Below, one piece after another: positions 41,001 through 55,643 of a DNA stretch of 64,000 nt. A program made the position numbers and the translations under genes. Location: contig CM041465.1 in assembly GCA_023213395.1 (NCBI GenBank), positions 126,983,741 through 127,047,740 on the forward strand. The letters run 5' to 3'. The stretch's first letter is position 1; each line of letters starts with the position of its first letter. The notes beneath the pieces were generated by a model. The model did not search any database. It worked only from the letters and a program-made list of their open reading frames with translations, and was not told the DNA's origin. This DNA is from Cycas panzhihuaensis. Lineage: Eukaryota > Plantae > Cycadophyta.

Positions 41001-42670
41001 ATTTATTGGAGAGATAAGTAGTTGATTGAGAGAATTCCACTTATTTATGATATAAGAAGAAGTCTCAAATATTTGTTACTTGGCATACCAAATTAGTTGT
41101 TAAGTTTGTTTAACTAATATTCAATTATTGAGGTTGTCTAACTAAAAGATAATAAGTATTTATAAATGAGAAATCTCACTATTCATGTATAACAAGAGGT
41201 ATAAAAACACATATTTATATTACTTTGTTATATCTAACTTGTTTTGACTAAGTAATTTAGCTTATTCCTAGAGTTAGTATGTTTTGAGTGATTATGATAT
41301 TGTGATAAATGGTTGCTAAAAGAAAGTTGATAAACTGTGCAAGTGAGGAAGTACACAAAGGTGTTTATCAATGAGAAATTTAACTAACCACATATGACAA
41401 GAGATATGAAAACACATCTTTATGTTACCTTATTACATCTAACTTATCTTAGCCAAGAAGTTTGGATTATTCTTGGAGTTAGTATGTTTTAGATGATTAT
41501 TTATTGATGATGTTATGATAAATAATTGCCAAAAGAAAGTTGCTAAAGTATATAAGTAAAGAAGCACACAAAGAAATATTATTTGTAAGAGGCAAGTCAA
41601 GGTTTTACAAACTACTCTTATACAACATACTAGATTGTGTCATTCTAACTCATACACAAGAGGTATCATTATGCTACTCTTATAACAAATATTTTAAAAG
41701 TTGATGAACCATATATAAAATAATTACCTGAAATACTAGTAATTATAGAGGTTGGTTACTCATGTATTTCAAAATATGGTTGTTACTTTATATAGACCCA
41801 ATAATTTATTTATTTATTAAGATTTTTTATGATTAATTGATAAATTTTTTATAGCATCTTTATAGGAAAAGATATAAAGATATTTAGGAAAATACTTCAT
41901 ATATTAGTTGATGGTTGATGTTGATATTAATGAATGGTGATTGATAGTTTATATTTATAATTTGGTTATTCATAGTTGGTCATTAATATACATAGATGAT
42001 TACATATATGTTTATTATAGATATTTTACATATTAATGCTTATAAGAAATAAGCATAATATCATAATAGATTTACAAGTTATAAGTGATAATATTTAGTA
42101 CAAATATTATTATGTAGGTTATAGGATCTAGGAGATATGAAGATATGAAGACATTGAAAACTAAGAAAATGAAGACCTAAATATGAAGAGAGATTAAAAG
42201 ATATTAAACGTTAAGAGGAAATATTAAAATATATGATTTACTACTTATGTAATGTTTAATATTAATAATGTATATACATATACAAATCTAATCACAAAAT
42301 ATATTGAGATATGTAAAATACATATTTATTCATGTAAACATCCTATTGGATGATGTAAATGCTAAAGAGAAATTATAGGCTACTCATGAGGTAAACCTTA
42401 TTGTAAATATATGCACATAATAATTTAGAACTTGAGAAAGGATATTTACTTACTTTGATACCTAAAAGGAGCTCCAAACTCCACCTTCCTCTATGATTTC
42501 TCCCACATTGAGTTTTTCATGTATAAATATGTCATGTATCTTGTAGTGTATGCATTATTTATATTTACTTTATGATTCATATTTATTCCTTTATATGTGT
42601 TCATTCCTCATGATATTCCATTATATTTAATACATCACAATATGATAATTCTAAATTCTAATTTGATATA
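38062..42670 (+). mobile_element. Non-coding LTR family E, copy 2 (with internal insertions)
   Basis: Partial LTR 38062-38315 matches LTR 42222-42670, which is preceded by PPT aacgttaagaggaaa. Interior segments (38625-38720, 41670-41800) align with 20815-20910 and 22240-22395. Confidence 0.65.
41155..41575. repeat. ~207-bp tandem repeat (2 copies; also at 45098-45525)
   Basis: aatgagaaat...caagag.tat.aaaacacat.tttat.ttac...gagttagtatgtttt...aaagaaagttg.taaa...aag.acacaaag occurs twice. Confidence 0.85.
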
Positions 42671-43844
42671 AGAGTAAATATACGTTTTTAATAGTTATAA
42701 CTTATTGAATGTTTTTTAAAATGTAATAATAAAATGGCAATAACTAAGGATAAGAGCAAAGAAGATCATGGATATTTTATCTAGAAATAGCAACATATCT
42801 TAGAAATAGGATTAGACATGAGCAAGGATGTAATGAATAAAATAAGAGAGATCAAACACACTTTTTCCACTATTTTAAGACAAATGCTTTAATCTATCTT
42901 GTTTCTTATCTCCTTTATGTTGGGTCAAATCCCTATCTTGTTAAAACAAGAATTACAAAGAATCACAATTGAAGAATTAACAAAGACAAAATAATGATTT
43001 GATTTCACTATAGCAGCTAAGGTTGAGGAATGGTCCATAGGTGTTTGGAATTAGAGAACATAATAGGTTGCCCTTAAAAGCTTACTCAAGTCTTAAGATG
43101 AAAGGATTAATAATATTGAAGATCAAATACACAAGTTCCAATGGGATTTATAATTGATAAGGCCATTGATTATATAAATTAAGAAAAGGTAAAAACAAAA
43201 GTGGTGAAACTTCTTCCGAAGCTAATCAAGGAGAAACTTACTACTAGAATCTTATCTTTGCTAGTCCATCCAAGATACTTATTCCTATGACAATGATTTA
43301 GATATGCATACTTAAGAAGATTTTAGACCTCTCACTGGTTTTCCTTCTAGTCTCAATTTATGGTCACCTTAAGAACTTTGTCATACCTCTAAAATAAGGC
43401 TAAACTAACATTACTTTGAAAACCTAAATTCGCTTAATTGGGAAATACTTCCTTCAAATTCTAATTGGGAAGATCCCCCTTCACATGTTATAAAGTTAAA
43501 AGAAGAAAAAAATAAAAAAAGGAATTAGACTTGAATGTAACATTCTTTTATATTTTAAATTAACTCGGTGAGGACATTTATTGTTTAAGGATTTAATTCA
43601 ATTTACGTACTTTTTTCCCTAAACTAGTTAAATTTAATTCTTTATCTAACTTAGAGGCATCTGTGCTTGGTTGATAATAGATGTTGGGATAATTTCACAA
43701 GTGATTACCTTAATTTTGAGCATAATTCCAAGCTAGGTTTATATAAGTCAACCCCATTCCCCATATCCTTTAATCAAACACTCAATAATTTTTTGACTTT
43801 TCCTTTTTAATTTCTCCATGGAGTCCTTTTTAGACTAATTCCTA

Positions 43845-45955
43845 GATCTCTCAATGCTATTTCACTTTCTCTAAATAGCCAAACATAAAGGAAGTGATTA
43901 TGCAATCAACCCTTTAAAGATTGTGCTTTACCCATGCTACACTCATGAAAAAGAAGAGGTACCTATGAAGAAGATCTAAACCAAATGGAGAAATCAACAA
44001 AACCTTAACATACAAAGTTTCTCTATCATCACATGAATATGGAACAAATGCCAAGTAATATCACACTGATGAAGACATAGATATTAAGTATAGAGTCATC
44101 CATCGTACAAAGAGAGACAAGCCATAGCTATAAATCATATACACATCAAACACATGTTGGTAAGCAAATATGCATGTAAACCTAAAGCCGACCAAACACA
44201 AATAACAATCACAAAGTAATATGTAGAAGTATTAATCGCCTCTGCAAAATATTTGATAATTTATAGATAAATTTTTTATATTATAAAAAATATTCAAAGC
44301 CATAATAAAAAATTAAATTGGATAAAATTTTCAAATCTATAACCCTCTTCAATTTATAAATAAGTGGTGAGATGGAGGGCTAATATAATTGGGGACTTAT
44401 TGGTAACAGGAGGGAATTTCAAATTTTAATAAGTTGGATTGGATAATTTTTTAAAAAATAAAAAAATATAAGTTAAATAAAAAATTATTTTAGAATTTAC
44501 AACACTTTTTTAAAGTTGATAAAAATGCTCTTAACCTCATAAAAGATGCATTTTATGATATGTTTTTAAAAAGCTTTTAGATATTTTAATATTTTCAAAG
44601 GATCTCAATATGATAATAATATTATTACTTGTTGATAAAGAATTAAAAAAGAAGTTTTATTTTAAAATACATATAAAAAGGCTCATTTATAATATTTAAA
44701 GGCTCAAAATATATATAAAATATATAAGACATATTTATAAAAATATTAATGTGAAAATCTTCTTGATATGCTGAATTAAAAAATCACGTTGGAATTTTAA
44801 CATTTAGTTTAGTGAAGTACATGTTACAAATCAAATGATAAGATCACCCAATTTATTTAGATACTTATTTTCAAATAGAAGATTAATAAAATCTATATGA
44901 TAATGATGATACTACCTCATTTTAATAAAGGGACTAGTTTAATTGTTTGTTGGAGAGATAAGTAGTTGATTGAGAGAATTCCACTTGTTTATGATATAAT
45001 AAGAAGTCTCATATATTTGTTACTTAGCATACCAAATTAGTTGTTAAGTTTGTCTAACTAATATTCAATTATTGAGGTTGTCTATCTAAAAGATAATAGG
45101 TATTTGTAAATGAGGAATCTGACTAACCATATATAACAAGAGGTATGAAAACATATTTTTATATTACCTTATTATATCTAACTTCTTTTGGCCAAATAAT
45201 TTAGATTGTTTCAAGAGTTAGCATGTTTTGAATGATTACTTATTAATGATATTGTGATAAATAGTTGCCAAAAGAAAGTTGTTAAAGTGTGCAAGTGAGG
45301 AAGTACACAAAGATGTTTATCAGTGATAAATTTAAGTAACCACATATGATGAGAGAGATGAAAACACATCTTTATGTTACCTTGTTACATCTAACTTATC
45401 TTGGCCAAGAAGTTTGGATTATTCTTGGAGTTAGTATGTTTTACATGATTGTTTATTGATGATGTTATGATAAATAGTTGCCAAAAGAAAGTTTCTAAAG
45501 TGTATAAGTAAAGAAATACATAAAGAAATCTTATTTGTAAGAGGCAAGTCAAGGTTTTACAAGCTACTCTTGGATAATAATATGATAGATTTATAAGTTA
45601 TAGGTGATAATATTTAGTACAAAAATAAGTATAATAACATGATAGATTTACAAGTTATGGGTGATAATATTTTGTATAGAAATAAGCATACTAACATGAT
45701 AGATTTACAAGTTATAGGTGATAATATTTAGTACAGATATTATTATATAGGTTATAGGATCTAGGAGATATGAAGATATGAAGACATTGAAAACTAAGGA
45801 AATGAAGACCTAAATATGAAGAGAGATTCATAGAGTTTAAATGTTAAGAGGAAATATTGAAATATGTGATTTTTTACATATGTAACATTTAATGTTAATA
45901 ATGTACACACATACACAAACCCAATCACTAAATATATTAAGAGATGTGAAATGTT
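43845..45955 (+). repeat. Direct duplication of 39730-42320 (3' part of family E, with deletions); includes a ~56-bp x3 tandem at 45580-45745
   Basis: atctctcaatgctat...ccaaacataaaggaagtgattat through the PPT and LTR start are colinear. Confidence 0.9.
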
Positions 45956-45999
45956 TATGAGTTAGTAGTGGATTACATGAAATTAGCCCATAACAACAA

Positions 46000-47090
46000 T
46001 TTAAAGGGATCAAATAAGTGTTTTGTGGAAACTTTAAAGAACTTTTCCATCTCTAATAGGATCTACCACTAAGGAGTCTTCCTCGTGATGTAATTAAGGT
46101 AGGTCTATAGTGACTCCATGGAGAATTTAAAAAGGAAAAGTACAAAAAATATTAAGTGTTTGATTAAAGGACATGGGGATTAGGGTTGACTTATATAAAC
46201 CTAGCTTGGTCTTAAGTTGAAAAGTAAGGTAATCACTTCTAAAATTGTCCTAACATCTACTATCGAGCAAGCATATATACCTCTAAGTTAGATAAAGAAT
46301 CAAATTTGACTAGTTTAGGGAAAAAAACATGTAAATCGAATTAAATCCCTAAAGAACAAATATCCTCGCCAAGTTAATTTAAAATAGAAAAGAATGTTAC
46401 AATCAAGTCTATTTCTTTTTTATTTTTTTCTTCTTCAAACTCTATAACATGTGAAGGGGGATCTTCCTAATTAGACTTTAAAGGAAGCATTTCCCAATCA
46501 AGCCAGCTCAGGTTATTATAATAATATTAGTTTAGCCTTATTTTAGAGGTATCATAAAGTTGTTAAGGTGATTATAAATTGAGACTAGAAGAAAAACCAA
46601 TGAGAGGTCTAAAATCTTCTTAAATATGCATATCTAAATCATTGTCAAAGGAATAAGTATCTTGGATGGACTAGCAAAGATAAGATTCTAATTCTAAATT
46701 TCTCCTTAATTAGCTTTTGAAGAAGTTTCACTACTTTTATTTTTACCTTTACCTAATTTATATAATCAATGACCTTATCAATTCTAAATCCCCTTTGAAC
46801 TTGTATATTTGATATTTAATATTATCAATTCATTATTTTTTCTTTATTGGTTCTTCAATTGTGATCCTATGCAATTCTTGTTTTAGCAAGATAGGGCTTT
46901 GACCCAACACAAAGGAGATAAGAAATGAGATAGATAAAAGCATTTGTCTTGAAATAGTGATAAAAGTATGTTTCATCTCTCTTATTTTATTCATTACCTC
47001 CCTGCTAATGTCTATTCATGTTTCTAAGATATGTTGTTATTTCTAGATAAAATATACATGCTCTTCTTTATTATTATCCTTAGTTGTTTA
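46000..47090 (-). repeat. Inverted copy of 42740-43830 (module F and upstream); continues at 50089-50300 beyond the LINE
   Basis: Reverse-complement match, e.g. 46445 taacatgtgaagggggatcttcc vs 43468 ggaagatcccccttcacatgtta. 50089-50300 is the reverse complement of 42580-42745. Confidence 0.9.
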
Positions 47091-50088
47091 TTTTTATTAG
47101 GTAAAAAAATGAATTAAATATAAGTTTGTAAAATATGATCCCACAACCTAGTATATCAAAGGTCTAGCGACAACCAGGTCATAATAACTGTGATAACCCC
47201 ATGGTCTAGGCAAAGAAATACAAGGCCAAGACAAGCCCCATGGCTAGCTATCTCGGATCCTATCCTTCTCAACTAGAATTATAAGTTCCTCAGGAAAGTT
47301 CTCCCTCCAGATAGTAAATTTTTTGTGCCTAACCCCCCAATTAGCCAAAAAATTAGACACTTTATTTCCCTCCGTAAATGTGTGGCAAAATTAAACATCT
47401 TCCATGTCCTTTGAAAACTCCTTAACATCTTTGATCATGGATTAATATCTCCAATCTAGAGAGGTCGTGCCTAATAAAAAATTTATGACCATCATAGAGT
47501 CCCCCCTTCCAAAACCAACCTCCTGGGGCCCCTATCTAGGGCAAGATCGATGGCCTTAAGCATCATAGATATTTCTACAAAATGGTTTGTCTGATGTTTA
47601 TAGTAATCAATAAAGACCCATATAGGATTCCCCTGAGTATCTTTGCAAATGCCTCCACCCCCAGCTTCCCAAGGGTTACCTTTTGAAGCACCATCAAAGT
47701 TAATTTTTAGCCAAAGCTCCTGAGGAGGAGTCTAAGACACCTTAGCTGCCTTAATAACTGGGTTTATCCCCCAATTTTGTAAAATCTTACCTTCCGTTAG
47801 AATAATTTATTTATCCTTATTATTGTTAACATTTTCCATGATCTCTGTATAGATTTTATTAAAGATAGTATTTGGATCCACCTGTCTCTCCTGGAAGATC
47901 CCTCTGTTCCTTTCCTTCCAAATGTTCCACGCCAGCACTATGAAAGCATTTTTCCATAGACTACTTAGAACTCTGCTCCTAAAGGGACTATGCCAATAAG
48001 ACCATTGGTCCATAATGCTCTAAGAGAAGGTCCACTTCACCCCCAAGTTGCCTAACAGTAGCCCCAAAACCTCTCTTAAGTAAGGACACCAGAGGAAAAT
48101 ATGATCTACAGATTCCTCTACTCTACAACACAAGATATACCTATTAGTGATGTGAAAGCCTCTCTTCTTGATATTGTCCATAGTTAGAATTTTCTTTCTG
48201 AGGCAGACCCACCAAAAAACTGCTATCTTAGGGATGAGATCCATTTTCCACACCCCTTCCAGAATCTCATTCCTATGGTCGCCCCTCTAAGTGTAGATAA
48301 AGAGATCCCTACTTTGCAGAATACTCCCCAAACTAGTTTGAAGGTCATACGACAGTATCCATTGTAGTCATCTTAGGGATATAGCATTTGTCGAGAATCC
48401 TTTTAAGTGTAGTAAGGCCATCTTGGAGTAAGGAGTCCCTCTAGAGTTCATCCAAGTTCTTCCAATTCTTTGCTCTCCCCGTCCTAGTCCAATAGTCCTT
48501 TACGTATGGTCCAAATGTTCTTTCACATAGGGCCTAGAGGTGGGCTAAATTAGGATAGTGCTTCAGGCTTTTGTCTCTACACCAGGAGTCCTCCCAAAAT
48601 CTTATAGTATTTCCATTACCCAATTTCCACTTCAATACGGCTCTCAGCATGTTCTATACTTTAAATATGCTCCTCCAAATCGTTGAGCTAGAGGGGGTAA
48701 CCAGGTTCTCTAGGAGTGAGCCACCTTGAAGATACTTATGAATAAGAATCTTCTCCCATAGTCTCTCACCACCTTTAATTAAGTGCCACCCCAATTTTGC
48801 CACCAGGGTATAATTGAAGGTTGATATTCTTCTCAGATTGAGGCCCCCAGCCCATTTCAGTGTGCATACCTTACTCTAACTCACCAGGTGGATTTTATCC
48901 TTCTCCTCAGCCCCTGACCAAAGTAATCTCTTCTGGATGGACTCTAATATATTCAAGATACCCGCTGGCATTCTAAAGATGGACATCTAGAATACTTGAA
49001 TGTTTTGAAGATAAGTAGTCACCAATTGAAACTTCCCTACTAGGCTAAGAAGAGCTCCTTTATAACATGCCAGCTTCCTTTGTATTTGATCTATAAGAGG
49101 GTTCCACATGTCCTTAGTCATCTTGCCAACAAATAGAGGCATACCAAGGAAAGTTGTAGGAAGCTTCTTGATTCCCATCCTGAGGATACCGCTCATCCTA
49201 CTTTGGGTAGTCCTCGAGGTGTTTATGAAATAAATGCTATGTTTATTCAAATTAACCTTCCGGTTCATGGCCAATTTGAAGTTCCTCAATCCTTCTTTAA
49301 TCTTAGAGGCCTCTTTAATAGCAACCTGCCCCAAGAATATGTTATCATCCATAAATTAGTGGTGGACAATGTTATCTACCCCAAATGTTGGCCTCAAGCC
49401 TCTAATGAGCCCTTGTCTCTTAGTAACCTCCATAGCTCTACCCATCATTTCAACCATGGATATATGAAGGAAGGGAGATAAGGGATCACCTTATCTGAAT
49501 CCTCTATGGCCTAAAAAAAATTTAGATGATGTACCATTAATTAGAACCAAGTATTGGGGACTGGATATGCAAAGCTTAATCTAAGCCCTCTATTTCTCAC
49601 CAAATCCAAATATCTCCAAGCACCCCAAAAGGCAATCCCATGAGACTCTATTGAAATCCTTTGAGAGATCTATCTTGATAATCATCGTAGGCTCCTTCCT
49701 CTCCTTAGTTGAGTGGATAGTTTCATGAACCATAATAATACCATCTGTAATATGTCTGCCTTAAATAAAATTGTCCTAATTCTGAGAAATTATGTTGGGC
49801 ATGGCCTTTTCTAATCTATTAACCATAACCTTGGTTAAAATCTTATATTTGATGCTGCAGAGGCTGATAAGGCAGAACTCCTCCATCCTATTAGCCCCCT
49901 CCTTCTTCGGTATAAGAACAAGAAATGTGGCTTGCCATTCTTGAAGGGCCTTATGGTTTGAATGAAACTCTTGCAGTGCCTCCATAAAATCATCCTTAAT
50001 TATATCCCAAAATTCTTAGAAAAACCCTAAAGAAAAGCCATCTAGACCCAGAGCTTTATCCCTCTTCATTCTAAAAATCATCTATTCA
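47091..50088 (-). mobile_element. 5'-truncated plant L1 LINE (RT, zf-RVT, RNase H)
   Basis: RT: TFLVLIPKKEGA...ISLCSIKYKILTKV, MDDNIF, FLGMPL. Zinc finger CCRVEESVDHIFLWC. RNase H WLKINFDGASKGNP...HTFTEGNKVSNFLA. 3' end ttacctaataaaaa; degenerate TSD tagttgttta / tagttattgtca. Confidence 0.9.
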
Positions 50089-50309
50089 TAGTTATTGTCA
50101 TTTCATTCTTACATTAAAAAAAGCTCCATTAGGCTATAATTATTAAAAATGTATATTTACTGTTATATCATATTAGAATTTAGAATTATCATGTTGTGAT
50201 GTATTAAATATAATGTAATAAAAATATAACAAGCATATATAATCATAGAAATATAAAAGAACCTCATGAGGAATGCACACACATAAAGGAATAAACAAGA
50301 ATAGTAGTT

Positions 50310-51753
50310 AAGTTAAGTTAAAGAATAAAGCAATAGTAGTTAAGGGACAAATGAATAGTGATATATTATTCAAACTAGTTATTCCTCTGACTAATTATTA
50401 TACCTTAAATATTTCCACCAATGTAGATAGTGAAATATGGCATAAAAGACTTGGCCATATGAACTATAACAATTTGTCTTTAATGAAGAAGATGGAAATA
50501 GTGATAGGACTACCTAATATTGAACATCGTAAAGAAGTGTATAAAGGGTGTATACTTGGTAAATAAGAAAGGAAATAATTCCTTAATAAAAGCTATATGG
50601 CCAATGGGCCTCTTCAATTAATATACAGAGACTTATATGGTCTAATAAATATGGCTTTACTTAGAGAAGCTAAGTATTTCATGATATTCATTGATGAATT
50701 CATAAGCATAACTTAGATCTACTTTCTTAAATTTAAGTCAAATATACTTAAATACTTCATTGACTTCAAAAGCATGATTGAAAAATAAAGTAGACTTAAA
50801 ATTTTAATCCTAAGATTAGATAATAGGAGAGAATTTATTTTCAAATGAATTTAAAGATTATTGCCAATATTTTAGAATAAGGAAATAGCTCACAAATCCT
50901 TATACCCCTTAGCAAAATGGGGTTATAAAAAGAGAGAATAGGATAATTACTAAAATGGTAAGAAGTATGCTTAAGGACAAGCATATAGGAAATGAATATT
51001 GGGTAGAAGCTACATATACAATTGTTTATTTGTCGAACAAGCATATCACCAAAGTAGTTAGATGGATTATACCTAAAAAAGCTTATAGATGGGTTATAAG
51101 CCAAGCATTAAAGACTTAATAGTTTTTTAATGTATGGCTTATACATATATCCTAGAATAAAGTTGGATAAAATTAAATGACAAAAGTACTAAATATATAT
51201 TTATAGAATATGGTGACTTATCTAGATCCTATAAACTTTATAATCTAAAAGGGAAAAAGATTATTATAAGCAGGGATGTCAGCTTCAAGGAAGATAAATT
51301 TTATTAATAAGAAATTATTGAAAAATATGAGGACAAAAATATTATGGTTAAAGTAGACTCCAAGTCAAGTGGTCTAAATGTACTGAATACAAATGAAATA
51401 AGACCTTTTACTTCAAGTTAAAGGGTTCTAAAATAAGTACAAAGGGCCTATAATCCTCAAAACATATTAGATACTAACTTTGAAAGAAAAATAATAACAT
51501 CTCAAAGGGTGAATTTTAAATAAATAACTTGAGTTATAGAATTTAATGAGCCTCACAACTTTGATGAGGCAAAAAATAAAGATAAATAAAAGGATATAAT
51601 AAAGGAGAAGTATAATGCCTTAGTGAAAAATAACACATGGGAGTTAGTAAAATTTTCACCTAGCAAGAATGTTATTAGGACAAAATAGGTTTATAAGACC
51701 AAATATAAAGTAGATAGGTCTATTGATAAATATAAGGCAAGATTAGTTATAAA
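50310..51753 (+). mobile_element. Copia element C copy 2 (integrase to RT start, internal fragment)
   Basis: Colinear with 13675-15113; IWHKRLGHMNY. Confidence 0.9.
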
Positions 51754-51756
51754 GAA

Positions 51757-53850
51757 GCTAGCATATGTGTGCACACAACTAAAAAACTAAGTCTAATATA
51801 AGTTGTGCGATCAAACCTAAATCTCTATCTCATGTCTAAAGTAGTTGAGGTGTTGATGCCTAAGAAGGATTCTAGTTTATGTATTAGGGCCTTCACTTGC
51901 AATACCCACACCTGTACTTGGTGATAAAATCCAAGTCACATTGGAGCCCAAGTACTTCTAGTCATCACCCAGTTCACCAGTGAGTAACTATATACCTCAT
52001 ATGAAGAGTCAAATGGCATATGCGTATCCCATAGCTATGACAAATATTAGACCAAGTATATTTTAGTATTAATTAAAGTTTTTAGTTTTACTGGGTGGTT
52101 ATCATGATTATCTTTAATTGGAGGCCATAGGTATGGCTAACCTGTCCCCCTACCACTATTCTGGTTAAGACCATACTCAATATAACCTTACACCTCCCTT
52201 AGGGCCTAGACTTTGGCTAACCATGGTCTGTTTCAACCAAGGTGAGTATGCACATAAGTTAAGAACTGGCAATATAAGTCGTACAGATGAGATTCCTTTG
52301 AGGAAATAATGCAAGTTATTTTCAAATAACTTAAACTGAAAACTAAAATAGAAAGATGCCAAATATGTTTGCTTACCTTTCATGCTTACTTTGTTATTAT
52401 TACTACTTTATGTGTTGCTTGATACTATGTGTGGAAATAGAAAGAACATGCTAGATTTAGTATAAGAACTGGATGTTGCTTTCGATCTAAGGTTTTTCTT
52501 GCTTTAGTATAATATTTCTAAATATATTTTTAGAAATTTCAATACAAAATCCATAGAGGGTCAAAAAATACATCAACTTATCACTAAAATATTAATTTTT
52601 CTAAATCTAGATACATACTATTTTTTCCTATTTTGTAATTTTTTTTCCATAAAATTTATAAATAATAATAATAATAAATGGACAAGATTTTCTAAAAATT
52701 ATAAATATGGAGGCCTAAATGATGGAATTTAAATTTATGATAGAATAAAAAAGTATTTAGAATGTCATTTCTGATAAGATAGTGAAGTTAGATTTCTAAA
52801 AAGGCATAATTTTTTTTTACCCAAGAAAAACACAAAAAATAGAATCTTGTTAGATTCATTATCTTAGAATCCAAATTTTAATATGTAAAAAGCTTCATTG
52901 TGACACGTCCATCAACTTTTCCTTATGTTTCATCTCTAAAAATAACCAAAAACCTACCCAAAATACCCTCACAATATTTTTTATGGGGTTGAGTAGGCAA
53001 ATTTAGTATCCGTTAGAAAACTATAAAGATCTCATTAAGTAGTAGATAAAATTTGATGAGATTTATCTCAAAATGCTCTTGAGACATAAATCTACTAAAT
53101 CCCTTAAAAAACATTTAAGTTTTTAGCTCATATTTGAAGAATTTCATTGAAAAAAATGTCATAGGTCACTCATCTATAAATTTTAACCTTTTATTTTAGC
53201 CAAAACTAGTTGTTGTAGGCTAAATATAAAGATTTTCTAGAAGATAAAAATGATCCTCTTGTTATGATGCCCCTACACATCAAATTTCATCAAAATATAA
53301 TATGGTAAATTTTTTTATAAAATTTTAGACCTTAAATACTTCTCGGACTATTTCTACAACCAAATGGTTTTAAAAATTTATCTTTTTTACCTCTTAAATT
53401 TTGCACACATAAAAAGTAAAGTAATTTTAAACTCTCTAATATAAAATAAAGTTCTCAAATAAGCTCTCAACCTCATATGAATTGTGAGTGGGGTATTCAT
53501 AGCTCTGTGGAAGCCTAATGGGGAAATGTGGTCAACAATGGCTTTGATACCAATTATTGGGTGAAGAATCTAGTTGCCACACTCCACTACACTAAAGCAA
53601 TGGTACATAAGAGCAAAATAAGGAGAATAAGATTGAGGGAAAAAAAGAGAGGTAAGAATTATAACTCTCCCTTTCACATTCAACCTTATATATAAGAGGA
53701 TGTGCATTAGGGTTTCTAAAGGAGTTTCCCACCTAATGCTATGATCCTGAAATTATAATTAAATATAAATGAAATTATATTTAACTATATGACTTAGCTA
53801 ACCTAAAGTCACCTTCATATAATTAATCTAATGACCTTAATGCATTAACA
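51757..53850 (-). mobile_element. 5' LTR, PBS and leader of an element related to Copia A, truncated before gag
   Basis: LTR 53555-53850; PBS gctttgatacca 53541-53552; leader block 51773-52270 homologous to 5228-5715. Confidence 0.8.
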
Positions 53851-54178
53851 TCCATCATAAATATGGGTCATGTTGAACCAAGTATTATTGAACCCACCTT
53901 CTAGAGAATAGGCAATCATCACTTTGACTATAGTAGTCATACAACTTTTATTAAGATATGATAAAGGGAAGAAGTTAATGAATATAAACTCAGATGCTTA
54001 ATAATTGACCTAGCTATGAAACATTAATATCTACTAAACTATAATATAGATGATCTTTTTAGCAAAACTAAGGAAATGAAAAAACATGAATCAAATCCTC
54101 AAAGGTTGAATTGTGGGAGTTAGAAGGAGTTCTAGACCAAAGTATCTTTGAGTGTCAAGGGAGGGTGGTAGGATGAAC

Positions 54179-54268
54179 TATTGGAATAATGCCTATATTG
54201 GCGCTCATATCCACCTTGAGGAGATTAGGGTAATAACCCAAATCAATGGAGATATATTTATAGTACTA
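54179..54268 (+). repeat. Start of a Copia C LTR, interrupted by another LTR element
   Basis: tattggaataatgcctatattg...ggtaataacccaaat.aatggagatat matches 16449-16547. Confidence 0.8.
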
Positions 54269-55470
54269 TGTTAGATCTTGGCAGCTCCATGTCAGCTGTT
54301 TATTAACACTAATCAGTAGTAGACTTTGAGAGGTGTGTCAAATCTCTCTTAGTCTCATGTATTTATTCAAGGGGTCTAATGACCTTAGTATTCATCAATA
54401 CTAGCATTCTCATGGAATGTTGTTATTTCTCTCTCTTATATTTCATTTTGCTCCCTTTGTCCCCCGCTTCCATCATTTGGTATCAGAGCTATCATTCAAT
54501 TATTCAAAGCCAAGATGGATGAGTTATTGAGGATTCTCAGTCAGAGCTATGAAGGAGTTTGTGAGAAGTCTATTGCATTCACTATTGGTGTATTTATTTT
54601 TATCATTCAATCTTTTGATCTTTCTCGTAAGTCTATTTATGATATTTATGAAAGTGCATTACACAACATCTCTGGTTAAGTCACAGATCTGGGTTCTCTT
54701 TATGGAAGTATCCACCTACATATTCAATCCTCTCAGCCTACATTCTTATATCTATATTGGAATCTATTGTCTCCTTAATACCTTATCTATCTGCTCTATG
54801 TGTTTATATTCAACTCCATAAATGGTTGATCATTGTGTTGGGATCTTTGCATCGCTTTAAATATTTATATTCTTTTTTATTATTTATGCATATCATCAAT
54901 CATTATTCTTAGGCTAAACTATGCTTCTCATTTTCCTCAGTCTCTACATCAATCTGTTTGTCTAAGCTATCTCCTATGTTTTCACTTTATTCAATTACAA
55001 AATAACCAACTATTCCTCTTTTCTTCAGACTTCCTTAAGGCTTCATCTCTTGGCATCCAAGTACACCTTATTCTATTCCTATTTAGATGGCTACTAAAAC
55101 TAGTGTAAATGCCTACCAAAGTTAAAGGCCTATAATAACTGAAGGTTACATTTAATGCAAAATAATGTTAAAGAAAACCTTGAGTCCTAGCTAAATCTAA
55201 CACAATTTCTACTTTTTTGATCTTCTTTCTAAAATCCTTACATCCAAGAGTCATTAATTTCTCCTTTACAAAGACTATCTTTGGTACCTAACCGTGACTT
55301 AGGGTTGCATCCTCTTTACACTATTACATCAGTCTTGTGCCTTGTATTTTCACTTGATCTATGCCTCTGTTGTCTCTATTGCATCACTTTATAAGCATCT
55401 GTTCAAGGATTTGAATCTAATTGGACCTACATCTATGTCTACATCTCCCCTTTGACTGGTGGCTACACAC
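54269..55470 (+). mobile_element. Short-LTR retrotransposon 5' part (207-bp LTR, PBS, decayed gag/protease; probably Ty3/gypsy)
   Basis: TGTTAG...CATCA 54269-54475; PBS tggtatcagagc 54478-54489; downstream coding sequence too decayed to classify firmly. Confidence 0.65.
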
Positions 55471-55643
55471 AAAATAATATATAATAAGATGTAGACCTAT
55501 TTATATGGATTTTATTTTTATAAATTTTATAAAATACTTATGTTACATTGAAATATTTACATGTGTCTATTGTTATATCATTTTGGCTGAATATTTAAGG
55601 ATTTCTTTTATGTCATGATTAGTATTTATTCACTCATCCTATT

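Noticed and set aside
44066-44110. CTGATGA as a hammerhead (retrozyme) core; also 24062 and 37750
   Set aside because: No properly placed GAAA with stems I-III, and the paralog at ~39950 lacks the core.
45580-45745. Regularly spaced repeats as a CRISPR-like array
   Set aside because: Simple ~56-bp tandem units without unique spacers, in a plant TE.
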